Below are positions 63,511 to 64,000 of a stretch of 64,000 nt of DNA, one piece after another. Source of the DNA: Octopus sinensis (taxonomy: Eukaryota). The stretch is from contig NC_042998.1 in NCBI RefSeq assembly GCF_006345805.1, positions 162,936,001 through 163,000,000 of the forward strand, given 5' to 3'. The notes beneath the pieces were generated by a model. The model saw only the letters and a list, made by a program, of their open reading frames with translations. It had not been told where the DNA came from and searched no databases. Every line of letters starts with the position of its first letter. Positions within the stretch are counted from its first letter, which is position 1. The position numbers and the translations under genes were made by a program.

Positions 63511-64000
63511 TGCCCATCCTAAGATAAACATAAAGAAAACATGCTAACATGTTTCGGAACCATAGCTGTTAATGTGATACCTCACAAGTGAAACTAGAGT
63601 AGAGACTTTCACTCTTACACGCACAAACAAACACACATACACACATGTACTTTAAATGAATGAATATATATATGAATCAGGGAAATGAATAGCTGTATCA
63701 GTAGCCAATTGCACTAAATGACTTGTGGTATTTAGTTACATGTCTATGAGTTCTGAGTTCAGATCCCTCAGGGGTTACCGTTAGCTTTCATCTCTCCATG
63801 GTTGAAAGAAATGAATATGAGACAAGTACTGGGTTTGATTTAATCGACTGTGCCCTTCCCCTACAAATTTGTGGCTCTCCGCCTGAATTAGAAATAAATC
63901 TATTTAAAATTATAGAAACACCCCCATGTCTTTGATTAACACATGAAGGAGCTAGCATGTAGTCAGAAGTAGTATGTTAAGAATTTAAGTATATATTGTG

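Overview
Eukaryotic, AT-rich, repeat-saturated non-coding DNA. The tRNA-derived SINE families, dense (TA)n/(GT)n/(GATA)n microsatellites and transposon types point to a coleoid cephalopod, most likely Octopus (recognised from memory, no search run). There is one 100-N gap (4699-4798). I found no convincing host protein-coding exon; nearly all ORF-track entries are microsatellite translations or transposon relics. Supported content: at least three SINE families in dozens of copies; mariner and maT relics, including one full-length ~1.28 kb mariner; Tx1, RTE and R4/Dong-like LINE fragments; non-autonomous Helitrons; hAT and piggyBac MITEs; degenerate minisatellites; and a near-identical 1.6 kb tandem duplication. 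The most interesting signal is a set of short Penelope-like (PLE) termini next to (TA)n tracts that carry hammerhead-ribozyme motifs. Three of them are fold-back palindromes (3109-3292, 47872-48003, 48057-48406) whose symmetry axes fall in or just 5' of the hammerhead. Also notable: a pri-miRNA-shaped hairpin with strand-specific G.U pairs (16673-16752), two Tx1 fragments each flanked on both sides by (GATA)n, and head-to-tail SINE concatemers.
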